DNA of 27,546 nucleotides from the IMG/VR virus record IMGVR_UViG_3300025288_000090, positions 1 through 27,546 of that record; one strand, given 5' to 3'. Of this stretch, positions 18,497 through 26,440 are shown one piece after another; the first letter of the stretch is position 1, and each line of letters starts with the position of its first letter. The notes beneath the pieces were generated by a model. The model made no database searches. It was not told the origin of the DNA and saw only the letters and a program-made list of their open reading frames with translations. The position numbers were made by a program, and so were the translations under genes. This stretch comes from a virus. Lineage: Duplodnaviria > Caudoviricetes.

Positions 18497-18810
18497 TGCT
18501 TGCCTCTCATGTCTAATAAATGCTTATATCTTCCTTTGACTTGCACTGGAGGAATCTTGAATAAGGAAGGATAGACTCCTTTCCAAACACTTAGGGGGAA
18601 GGAAGAATCAAAAGGAGCCTCTCCTTTTAATCTGTATTCCACTCCTTTTCCTACCCTGTAGGCTGTGCGTACAAGTTCTTTATCCTCTGCCATTTTCTTT
18701 ATAAGAGCCCTCCTCTCTCTAATCTCCCCTGAATGTAAGTCTTTCATGCTGAATACATCCGCTGACAGATTCCGTATTTCCAGTCTTAGGTCTTCTAATA
18801 AAGTATTCAT
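18493..18810 (-). CDS. Hypothetical protein, possible winged-helix DNA-binding protein
   Basis: GGGGGTGG RBS and ATGA coupling to polA. FSMKDL...RRALIKKMAEDKELVR...GVEYRL fits a helix-helix-wing pattern (inference). Confidence 0.55.
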   Translation of the reverse strand: MNTLLEDLRLEIRNLSADVFSMKDLHSGEIRERRALIKKMAEDKELVRTAYRVGKGVEYRLKGEAPFDSSFPLSVWKGVYPSLFKIPPVQVKGRYKHLLDMRGKQ

Positions 18811-18814
18811 AGTG

Positions 18815-19504
18815 TTATTCCACCCCCTTACTATTCTTCGATGAAAGGCTAGTTAGCACAACATCCTTTGTAAGAGCCTTAGGATTCTCTTCTGTGGTAG
18901 GAGGAGCATCCCTTGCTATGATACCCTCTGATAGAACCGTATGTCCCTGCACTCTGGCTTTACCAGATATGTGGGTACTACCTCTTACTATTACCTTCCC
19001 GCTGATTACAGCGGTGCCCCCTACATAGCCTTCCTCCTCTACTATGGCATGGCCTCGTACTGCAGCTAACTGCCCTACTAGGGCATGTCCTCGTACTATT
19101 GCATAATCACCTATGCGAGCTTCTCCCTCTACTCTAGCCTGCCCACTGATAGTCGCATCCCCGCTTATAATGGCATTATCTGATATTCTGGCATCCTCCT
19201 TTACGGTTGCTCTATCTACTACTATGGCATCCTTACTTATCCAGCAGTCCCCTGACTGGCTTAAGGCTTGCGGGCTTTCTACCCAACCTCCGAAGTCTCC
19301 TTCTTTTATATCCCTAAAAGATTTCAAGGCTCTGATTCTATACAAGGCAGTCCCTGCGTACTTTTGGGCTTCCGTGAGTTCATATTTTAGCGTGCGAGCC
19401 CGGCTAATCCACTCTGCGCAGTCAATGGCTTCTCGCCTCTCCTCTTCGTGTAAGAATTCTTTTCCTTCATAGCAACCGTCCCATGGGTCTTCTGGATATT
19501 CCAT
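18815..19504 (-). CDS. Hexapeptide-repeat (left-handed beta-helix-like) phage protein
   Basis: KYELT...LYRIRALKSF..IKEGDFGGWVES...LSQSGDCWI followed by repeats of the form [AV]x[IV]xGx (ARISDN AIISGD ATISGQ ARVEGE). Start at ATG 19504 or 19510. Confidence 0.85.
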   Translation of the reverse strand: MEYPEDPWDGCYEGKEFLHEEERREAIDCAEWISRARTLKYELTEAQKYAGTALYRIRALKSFRDIKEGDFGGWVESPQALSQSGDCWISKDAIVVDRATVKEDARISDNAIISGDATISGQARVEGEARIGDYAIVRGHALVGQLAAVRGHAIVEEEGYVGGTAVISGKVIVRGSTHISGKARVQGHTVLSEGIIARDAPPTTEENPKALTKDVVLTSLSSKNSKGVE

Positions 19505-19532
19505 TATCATCTCCTTAATTTATCTGTTATCC

Positions 19533-19565
19533 TGCTGTAAAAAAGCTCTTGCTGTAAAAAAGCTC
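19533..19565. repeat. Perfect 16 bp tandem direct repeat
   Basis: TGCTGTAAAAAAGCTC at 19533-19548 and 19550-19565. Confidence 0.9.
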
Positions 19566-19569
19566 CTAG

Positions 19570-19607
19570 GGTAAAGCTGATAGCCCCCATTACTAGAGGC
19601 TATCAGG
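19570..19607 (-). terminator. Stem-loop downstream of the SSB gene (weak terminator or mRNA-stabilising hairpin)
   Basis: CTGATAGCC (19577-19585) / GGCTATCAG (19598-19606), with only a short CTTT tail on the - strand. Confidence 0.6.
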
Positions 19608-19615
19608 TTACTCTA

Positions 19616-20086
19616 TTAAGAGATTACTCGAATGTTCAAGTTCTCGTAGAAAGCTCCGTTGGGCTCTGAAGCTACCTTTGGGGTACGCTTAGTAGTAACT
19701 CGGGCTTTAGCTTCTGCCCCTTCCAGAGCGGCTAGAATCTCCGCTACTGGGATACCCTTTACATCTGACACATGCAGCAGAGCAATGGCTCTAGTAACAA
19801 AGTAGGGCAGTCCTTGAGGCGTGAACATAAAAGTCTCGGAGATTAGGCTACCATCTGGAACAGGCATCTCTCCTGCTACTGTACTGATAGTAGACTGGAT
19901 AGCATAGACCAGCTTAATCCGCGCCCCGTTCTTCCCTACCTTAGAGGTGTAAGTCTCCGCCTTTGCTGAAATGCAGCGCAGTTCATACTCTCCGTCTGGT
20001 GGGGATACAAAGTCTGGAGCTACTTCTATCGAATCCAGAGTAGCGGCCAACATATCTTCCAAGCCCAACAATGTAGTATCATTCAT
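19616..20086 (-). CDS. Putative single-stranded DNA-binding protein (DUF669-like)
   Basis: PDFVSPPDGEYELRC N-terminal motif and an OB-fold-like beta pattern ending YENLNIR. Follows a Sak4-like ATPase, the usual synteny. No acidic C-terminal tail. Confidence 0.6.
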   Translation of the reverse strand: MNDTTLLGLEDMLAATLDSIEVAPDFVSPPDGEYELRCISAKAETYTSKVGKNGARIKLVYAIQSTISTVAGEMPVPDGSLISETFMFTPQGLPYFVTRAIALLHVSDVKGIPVAEILAALEGAEAKARVTTKRTPKVASEPNGAFYENLNIRVIS

Positions 20087-20099
20087 GATAATTCCTTTT

Positions 20100-20170
20100 C
20101 TTTTATTTAAGTTTTAAGTCTGATTTTTAAGTCTGCTTTTAAGTATAGGTTTTAAGTCTAAGTTTTGATT
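20100..20170. repeat. TTTTAAGT(C) repeat tract in the SSB leader
   Basis: About five copies of (T)TTTAAGT within 60 nt between the ATPase stop and the SSB RBS. Confidence 0.85.
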
Positions 20171-21012
20171 TAGGTCTTCATATTAAGTTCTCCCATAATA
20201 GTTGCTAATGTTACTGCTCCTTCTGTCTCCAGGGATACTCCTGTCCTAGAGCCTGTGACTGCATCTGCCCTATAGGTAGAGGAACTTCCTGCTGTGTGCT
20301 TCTTTAGTTTTACTTCAGTTAGAATGACTGAACCAAAATACTTGGCTACGTTAACACTCAAGGCTTTAGTTCCCATTAGAGGAATCAGTCTGTCCCTCTT
20401 CACCTTATTATACTCTTCTTCAATAGGAAGGGAATGAGTAATTAGAATGAAAGTGCAGGTAGCAGCAGCTTGCATGACATTCAGAATGGTTATCAATTCA
20501 CCATTAGAAACAGTGTATTCATCCCATGAAGGCTTCGCATTTGGGGATGCTCCAGCTTCTATCATAGCAAGGGCTAGAGCTGAAGTTCCTAGCTGAGAGC
20601 CTGAGTCTACCACTACTACATCCTGTGAGGTAAGGGAGGGTATAAAGATTTCAGCTGAACCAGCTCCTGCCTTCTGGCATTCTATACATCCTACCTTGCC
20701 GTGCGCATCGCAGATAGATACAGGAGTTTTTGAAGTAAAGGCTTTCAAGACTGTCTCTATGAAGCGTGGAACAGCTCTAGTATCTGGGATTTGAAAAAGG
20801 GTTACTTTTTGCAAGGCTTCTTCTGATAAGCCCATATGCAATAAAGTCTCTGCTCCATTCTCTCCATCAAACCAGAATACTCGCTTGACAGAAGGAAGGG
20901 CTGCAACAGTTCCTACCAGTCTTGTCTTTCCAGTCTTCGGTGCTCCATATACTAGGATACTCCTTGAGATAGGGGACTTCTTTATTTTCGCGGCTAGGTC
21001 AGTTAAGTTCAT
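20170..21012 (-). CDS. AAA_24 / Sak4-like P-loop ATPase (single-strand annealing)
   Basis: Walker A YGAPKTGKT, FDGENG, Walker B VVVVDSGS, ILITH, KYF motifs. Sits between a PD-(D/E)XK nuclease and an SSB. Confidence 0.82.
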   Translation of the reverse strand: MNLTDLAAKIKKSPISRSILVYGAPKTGKTRLVGTVAALPSVKRVFWFDGENGAETLLHMGLSEEALQKVTLFQIPDTRAVPRFIETVLKAFTSKTPVSICDAHGKVGCIECQKAGAGSAEIFIPSLTSQDVVVVDSGSQLGTSALALAMIEAGASPNAKPSWDEYTVSNGELITILNVMQAAATCTFILITHSLPIEEEYNKVKRDRLIPLMGTKALSVNVAKYFGSVILTEVKLKKHTAGSSSTYRADAVTGSRTGVSLETEGAVTLATIMGELNMKT

Positions 21013-21040
21013 TCTACTTTCCTTTCTGTAGGGATAGTTT

Positions 21041-21220
21041 TTAATTCTTGTATTTGATATGCAGGACTTCTTGGTCTCTTCCTTTATAGAAGGCTTTTAT
21101 CATTAGTTCCAGTATATCTTCTGAAGTGAGGGCTTCATCCCTTGTATTGAGATATAAGGAGAGCGCAACCTTCATCTTCTTCCTTACTTCCTTGTCTGTC
21201 TTCTTCAATGTAGCACTCAT
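21041..21220 (-). CDS. Hypothetical protein, 59 aa (not in the ORF track)
   Basis: Translated by hand: MSATLKKTDKEVRKKMKVALSLYLNTRDEALTSEDILELMIKAFYKGRDQEVLHIKYKN*. Starts 1 nt after the nuclease stop and fills the gap. Confidence 0.7.
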   Translation of the reverse strand: MSATLKKTDKEVRKKMKVALSLYLNTRDEALTSEDILELMIKAFYKGRDQEVLHIKYKN

Positions 21221-21221
21221 A

Positions 21222-22118
21222 TTATTCCATCCTTTCTAGGTACTCTGCAACCAGCTCGTCTAAGGAGTAGGTGAATTGATATTCTGTTAGGTCAGGTGGA
21301 AGCTCCTTGGGTTTATCCAGTCCCTGCATTCCACAGGTTCCGAAGTGTTTGCAAGGTCTCATATACTGTAAGCAGTTATTACCTCGCATAGGGAATACGG
21401 ACAAGGCTTGCATCTGTTCTAGTCGCTGTATGTCCATCTTAAGGGTAATAAACCAATTAAGCCTGTCCTTCAAGGTCTTGTTGAAAGTCTTTATAATGAA
21501 GTTAGGGGAAAATCCTCCATTAGACTTAGAGTTAAGCTGCCCTATTGGGTAGATTACTTCATAGGCTGACTTCTCTTTTCCTGCAATCCTGTCTAGGATA
21601 ATGGAATAACCTAAAGCCTGCCCACTATTCTTAAAGAGAGGGTCGAGGTCTAGTAAGTTCATCCCTGTGCTCTTATTCTCTACAATAGCATATACCCCTG
21701 TCCACTTGTTGCGTAGAATCATATCTACATAGCCTACAAAAAAGATAGTCGGCGTGCAGTTAAGTCGGAAGGAGAGTTCAATAGCAGGCTTCCCCTCGAA
21801 TACTGCCACTTCATAATCCAGTAATAAGGTGTCCAGTTTAGGGAAGGCGACGAGGAGCATGTTGATTAGAATTTCTTCTGTTCTCTTATCATCTTCTAGG
21901 ACTGGGGTATAAGCTAGATAGGCTTTGAATAGGGCTATCTCCTTGTCTTGAGTTAGCATGTACTCTGCCACTCCAGCACCAAAGGCTTTCCCAAAGACTG
22001 TTGCAGGATAGTCCCTCTTCTCGGGTGCCCCTTCCAAAAGTCTGTCCAGTTGAAACATTCTCTCACAGGTCAGGAAGGAAGCTAATGCACTGTGAGACAG
22101 TCTAATGTACTGTTCCAT
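21222..22118 (-). CDS. PD-(D/E)XK (Cas4/RecB-like) exonuclease with probable Fe-S cluster
   Basis: LSHSAL.SFLTCER, GYVDMIL...IVENKST, Q...Y motif, C-terminal C-x6-C-x5-C (CLQYMRPCKHFGTC). Confidence 0.88.
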   Translation of the reverse strand: MEQYIRLSHSALASFLTCERMFQLDRLLEGAPEKRDYPATVFGKAFGAGVAEYMLTQDKEIALFKAYLAYTPVLEDDKRTEEILINMLLVAFPKLDTLLLDYEVAVFEGKPAIELSFRLNCTPTIFFVGYVDMILRNKWTGVYAIVENKSTGMNLLDLDPLFKNSGQALGYSIILDRIAGKEKSAYEVIYPIGQLNSKSNGGFSPNFIIKTFNKTLKDRLNWFITLKMDIQRLEQMQALSVFPMRGNNCLQYMRPCKHFGTCGMQGLDKPKELPPDLTEYQFTYSLDELVAEYLERME

Positions 22119-22362
22119 GACTTTTACCTCCTTCTTCCCTTGAAGTATCTATATCATAGTCTCTCCCGCATAAACGGTTCTTGAGTATCTTACTAAGCTC
22201 TAGTAAGGAAGTCTCTCTATCCAGTGAATGAAGCATAGACCATCGGACTAGCTTCTTTAGCTTCTCTCTGGTGGAAGCTGTAATTTTTACCTTTCCTTCA
22301 CGCTCCATAGTCTTAAGGTCAGACATTACGTCTTTAAGCAGCTCATTTCCATTACTGTCCAT
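22102..22362 (-). CDS. Hypothetical protein
   Basis: GAAGGAGAG RBS before ATG 22362. Overlaps the nuclease start. Confidence 0.6.
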   Translation of the reverse strand: MDSNGNELLKDVMSDLKTMEREGKVKITASTREKLKKLVRWSMLHSLDRETSLLELSKILKNRLCGRDYDIDTSREEGGKSHGTVH

Positions 22363-22676
22363 AATACTCTCCTTCTCCAATCTTCCCATTCTTCTTTCCA
22401 TTCTCCTTCTCCAATCTTTCCATTCTTCCCATTCTTCTTTCCATTTTGTATAGTGTAATTTATTCTGTACAAGCCCTTAATTTGTGTTTCAATAATGTTT
22501 AGGGTGATGCTCTTTTTGTCAGGAGTTGGGAATCTGTATAATTGAACTACTTTCTTCAGCTTCTTTCTAAGAGGTTCTCCTGTAAGTTCTTGCTCCTCGA
22601 AGGTAGGAATTAGTTCCTTGAGAGACTCTAAGGACAGCAGTAAGTATCCTTTTGTAGATAGCTGGGCTGGGTTCAT
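22326..22676 (-). CDS. Hypothetical protein with repeat-derived C-terminus
   Basis: AAGGAG RBS before ATG 22676. The C-terminus runs through a purine-rich duplication. Confidence 0.6.
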   Translation of the reverse strand: MNPAQLSTKGYLLLSLESLKELIPTFEEQELTGEPLRKKLKKVVQLYRFPTPDKKSITLNIIETQIKGLYRINYTIQNGKKNGKNGKIGEGEWKEEWEDWRRRVLWTVMEMSCLKT

Positions 22677-22695
22677 AATAGGCTCCTTGTCTATT

Positions 22696-23016
22696 TTACA
22701 GTTCATCATCTGATACACTGGCTAGTAAGAGATTCAGCTCGGCTTGTGTCATCTTCTTCGTAAGTCCTGCTGACTTAGCTCTAGTCTTAGGGGCTGTGGC
22801 ACTTACTTGTGCAATTCCTACCATTCTGCGAAGGGCTGCAACTGCCAGTCCTATATCTGTATCATGCAATAGCAGGCAAGCTGCCGGATTCTTTAGTAAG
22901 GCTTCCTTTAGCTCCTGCATCTCTCTCCTTAGGGAAAGTCCCTCGAATGAAGTTAAAGCTGCAATACGAAGGCTTAATTCAGATGCCTTTTGTTCTACTT
23001 CATTTATATTACCCAT
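22696..23016 (-). CDS. Hypothetical helical protein
   Basis: AAGGAGA RBS before ATG 23016. LKEALLKNPAACLLLHDTDIG core with a basic C-terminal linker. Confidence 0.7.
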   Translation of the reverse strand: MGNINEVEQKASELSLRIAALTSFEGLSLRREMQELKEALLKNPAACLLLHDTDIGLAVAALRRMVGIAQVSATAPKTRAKSAGLTKKMTQAELNLLLASVSDDEL

Positions 23017-23065
23017 TGTAATCTCCTTGTCTTTTTGATTAGAATTTAATTGAAAACTAGAATTC

Positions 23066-23359
23066 CTAGATTCCCTCGGGGATTGTGAAGGCAAAGGCTG
23101 AAAATACTCCTTTATCCTTCAGTCTGATTATAAGGTCTACAGCGTCCTCAAATTTTTGCGAGGGGACGGAGACGAATTCTAGGATAGAATCTGTCTCAGT
23201 AATCCCTTCAGCCTTAGCTTCTTTGGCTTTCCTGTTCTTTATTCCAACTCTTATTCTTTCTTCTACTTCCATTGGGATTGTTACATGGACTTCCCCGTAT
23301 TCTTTCAGATTCTCATATAAGTCCGAGAGTTTCATCATTGCAGGATTCTGATTAGTCAT
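23066..23359 (-). CDS. Hypothetical protein
   Basis: AAAGGAG RBS, ATGA coupling, 97 aa. Confidence 0.7.
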   Translation of the reverse strand: MTNQNPAMMKLSDLYENLKEYGEVHVTIPMEVEERIRVGIKNRKAKEAKAEGITETDSILEFVSVPSQKFEDAVDLIIRLKDKGVFSAFAFTIPEGI

Positions 23360-23643
23360 TCTGTTGCTCCTTTAAGTTTAAGTTGTTCGAGTAGTTCTAG
23401 TTGAGCTGCTCTGCTTTGGGTAACCTCTACCCACTGGGTTGCTTCTAATAGCTTATAGCATCTACTGTAAGCAGGGAGGCTTAGGGGAATCACTTCTAGC
23501 ATTCTTTCTACTAAGCCCTCTATCACTTCCCTGTCTTTCGGTAAGATATAATTATAACTATCTAACCAGTTTGCTAATAGTCTGCATTCTGTTAGGGTAG
23601 TTATTCTATTTGAAAGGAATAAACTGATTATCACTTTTTGCAT
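23356..23643 (-). CDS. Hypothetical protein
   Basis: GGGGT RBS, 95 aa helical, in the operon orientation. Confidence 0.65.
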   Translation of the reverse strand: MQKVIISLFLSNRITTLTECRLLANWLDSYNYILPKDREVIEGLVERMLEVIPLSLPAYSRCYKLLEATQWVEVTQSRAAQLELLEQLKLKGATE

Positions 23644-23677
23644 TTTACCCCCGTTTGGATTTTTCGGATAACTTTTT

Positions 23678-25315
23678 TTACTTTAGAATCCGTACTTCAT
23701 TATTAAGAGCAACTCCACTATTGAAGTATTCTATCTTTTCTTGAACAGTGTTCCCTTTTATTCTTTGCGTCTTCAAGGCTCTTTCTACTACATCCTGCTT
23801 ACTGATTAGAACAAAGCCTTCCCGCGCCCTTGTCACTGCTGTATAAAGGAGTTCCCTGCATAAGGAAACATTGTGGTCTCTATGAAGAATTAGGAATACC
23901 TTCCTCCATTCTGAACCTTGAGCCTTATGCACTGTTAAGCAATATCCTAGGCTTAGATTATTCTGCGAGTAGTCTCCCATTGTAGTCAAGGTAACTATTT
24001 CTCCTGTGTCATCTATCTTAATATCCACAAAGTGCGAGGCTTCAGCTACCCTGTTCTCTGCTTCTTCTATCATTGCATCTAAGTCTAGATTTGAAAAGTC
24101 TACGTCTTCTTCGTGCAGGAATTCTTCTTCCCCTATAGCTGCTTGGTATAGCCCAAATCTAGTAAGATTCTGTGAGGCTGCCTTAGGGGTTGCTCCAAAA
24201 TATCTGGAATTCTGGGTAATCTTTACTATGTGTCCCTGTTTCTTGTTGCAGAATACCTTGTCCCCCTCTGCTAGATAGACCTTGTTCATTCCTGCTATAA
24301 TCTCATAGACTACAGCCCCTCTTCTTTCTCCTAGAGTTTGTGCAATATGCTTATTCATGGCGTCAGTTCCTAGGTCTCTCTTATTCCATGGACATAGTAC
24401 CATATCTTCTTCAGGGTCATAGATTCCTGAATCTATCCACTTTGGAAAGGTAACAGACAATGAAGCGGCTAACTTTAATTGAGTGTGGTTTACTGTGCCA
24501 CAAGGTAGAATTGCAAAGTCTGGAGCCGATTCTAGGGATTCCCCTGCTAGAATGTGGTGAGCATTCTTTAGAATTGTGGAATCTCCTGCTTGTCTATAGA
24601 CCTGTGTCAGTTCAATTACTGGCAATCTTGTTAAAGCATAGGACAGAATAGAATCCCCAAAGACCGGTGGAAGCTGGTTTAAGTCCCCTAAGAATATAAG
24701 CGTTGTTCCTTCTTGCATTGCTGCATAGAGCTTATCCCATAAGTCTAATCCTACCATTGAGGCTTCTTCTATTACTAGGCTTTGCATCTCTATCTGATTT
24801 AAGGCATCTCTTCTAGGTAGGAATCGCATAGTCTCTTTTTGTAGGGTATCAGACCAAAAGAATACAGGTGCGAATTCTAGCAGATTGTGGATTGTCGTGA
24901 TGTTATACTTGAGCTGCTCGGCAAGGCTTGGGTCTTTATGGATTGCTTTTCTACTATTATTAGCTGCTACATTGGTGAAGCTAATAACTGCTATTGGGGG
25001 GACTGCTACATATTCTCCTGTTCCTTGTACCCTTAGACTTCCTAGAGTTCCATCTAAGGATTCTGCTGCTTCCTTTACTATCTCTCTCAATGCAGTAGTC
25101 TTTCCTGTTCCTGCTGCTCCTACCAAGCAAAAACTCTTCCCACTTCTTGCCAGTTCTGTTGCTAGTATCTGCTCTTTGTTTAATTCTATTGAGAGAGAGA
25201 ATGTTTCTTTTAGTCTTACTGCTAAAGGTGAGGTGGCTTGTTCTAATCTTCCCCCTATTCTTTTCTCTTCCAGCAGTCTTTTTCTTTCGTCTAATATCTC
25301 TTTTAGGCTTTTCAT
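23678..25315 (-). CDS. RecD2/Dda-like superfamily 1B helicase
   Basis: GAAGTGKTT, TIHNLLEF, VIEEASMV, GDLNQLPPV, LTQVYRQA, YCLTVHKAQGSEW, LLYTAVTRAR. Confidence 0.95.
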   Translation of the reverse strand: MKSLKEILDERKRLLEEKRIGGRLEQATSPLAVRLKETFSLSIELNKEQILATELARSGKSFCLVGAAGTGKTTALREIVKEAAESLDGTLGSLRVQGTGEYVAVPPIAVISFTNVAANNSRKAIHKDPSLAEQLKYNITTIHNLLEFAPVFFWSDTLQKETMRFLPRRDALNQIEMQSLVIEEASMVGLDLWDKLYAAMQEGTTLIFLGDLNQLPPVFGDSILSYALTRLPVIELTQVYRQAGDSTILKNAHHILAGESLESAPDFAILPCGTVNHTQLKLAASLSVTFPKWIDSGIYDPEEDMVLCPWNKRDLGTDAMNKHIAQTLGERRGAVVYEIIAGMNKVYLAEGDKVFCNKKQGHIVKITQNSRYFGATPKAASQNLTRFGLYQAAIGEEEFLHEEDVDFSNLDLDAMIEEAENRVAEASHFVDIKIDDTGEIVTLTTMGDYSQNNLSLGYCLTVHKAQGSEWRKVFLILHRDHNVSLCRELLYTAVTRAREGFVLISKQDVVERALKTQRIKGNTVQEKIEYFNSGVALNNEVRILK

Positions 25316-25345
25316 TATTCTATCCTTTCAACGTTGTCACTGGAA

Positions 25346-26392
25346 TCAACTGACTTCGTCAACTTCAACTTCGTCAACCTTAGAATTAAGGTCTTCAGAA
25401 TCAAGTTCTTCATCCTCAGGTTCAGAATTATTTAATTCAGAATTAAGGTCTTCAACTAATTCAACGGATTCATTTAATTCAGGTTCAGAATTATTTAATT
25501 CAGGTTCAGAATCAAGGGAATCAAAGAGTTCAAAATCATCAAACAGTCCGCCGTTGGATTCCTTAAAGCAAGGGGATGATACTATCTCTGCCAGTCTATT
25601 TCCTTCCTTTGTAGACCTTTTAATCAGTGCAAGGAAAATTCTAGTTTTAACTGATTCTTCAGTCAGGATTAGGGTCTCTTCATCAATCAGAATTCCTTTT
25701 AACAAGGCAATTAGTGCGGGGGAAAGAATCCCCATTTTTGTAAGTTCTTTGAATAAACTCTTGCCTTCCTGAAGTAGGAGTTTAGATTTGGATTTACTAG
25801 AATTCTTTGCCTTGGATTGGGCTAACTCAAATGCTTTTCTTTCCCTGTAGATTCTATCAGCTTCTTTAATCTCTTCCATTTCTTCCAGTTCAATCTCTCT
25901 TGTTGCCTTGCAGTCTAAGTAATGCTGCATTACTAGGCTTGATATTGAACTTTTCTGCCTTTCTAAGTCATCCTTTTCTTCAATGGCAATTGCTGGAAAG
26001 TCCATCGTTTCTTTCAATTCTGCTGATTCTAGGAATTGAGCAAAGAATTCTAGAATCTCTCTTTGTTTTGTAGGGATTATCTGCTGGAGTAGGATATTCT
26101 GTTCACTGATTGACAAGGAGGATTTTCCTAGTAAATTCAAATCCCTGTAGACTGTTAATAGGCAGCCGGCTAAAATGCAAGGGGGAAGTTGTTCCATATA
26201 GTTTGGAACCTTTATTGCCTTTGCTACTATTAGGGCATTAGCGAAGGGATGAATAAAAGGGAAGTAGACTTCAGGAATTGCTGGGATAGAAAGTTCCTGC
26301 GCAATTCCTGTTATTGGACAAATTGCAAGGGCTTTCCCTTTTGCTAGGCTTGTCACTTTCTTGCAGGCTGTTTCAAGTGTTAGAGTTTTCAT
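25346..26392 (-). CDS. Hypothetical early protein with a repetitive acidic C-terminal tail
   Basis: AAAGGA RBS, 348 aa, N-terminal CPITG motif, tail of SEPELNN / EDLNS / VDEV repeats. Confidence 0.75.
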   Translation of the reverse strand: MKTLTLETACKKVTSLAKGKALAICPITGIAQELSIPAIPEVYFPFIHPFANALIVAKAIKVPNYMEQLPPCILAGCLLTVYRDLNLLGKSSLSISEQNILLQQIIPTKQREILEFFAQFLESAELKETMDFPAIAIEEKDDLERQKSSISSLVMQHYLDCKATREIELEEMEEIKEADRIYRERKAFELAQSKAKNSSKSKSKLLLQEGKSLFKELTKMGILSPALIALLKGILIDEETLILTEESVKTRIFLALIKRSTKEGNRLAEIVSSPCFKESNGGLFDDFELFDSLDSEPELNNSEPELNESVELVEDLNSELNNSEPEDEELDSEDLNSKVDEVEVDEVS

Positions 26393-26440
26393 TCTGTTTT
26401 TCCTTTGAATTTGAATTGCTTTGAATTAGATTGAATTAAA

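Noticed and set aside
21222-22118. Cas4-like gene as part of a CRISPR-Cas system
   Set aside because: No cas1/cas2 or array in the window; solo Cas4-like nucleases beside Sak4 and SSB are a normal phage recombination module.
1120-24651. The many short opposite-strand ORFs in the supplied track
   Set aside because: They lie within longer motif-bearing genes on the other strand, lack RBSs and break the two-arm strand organisation.
24885-25772. 295 aa + strand ORF
   Set aside because: Antisense shadow of the helicase and the acidic tail; the Ser-rich text is the mirror of GAA/TCT repeats, and there is no RBS.
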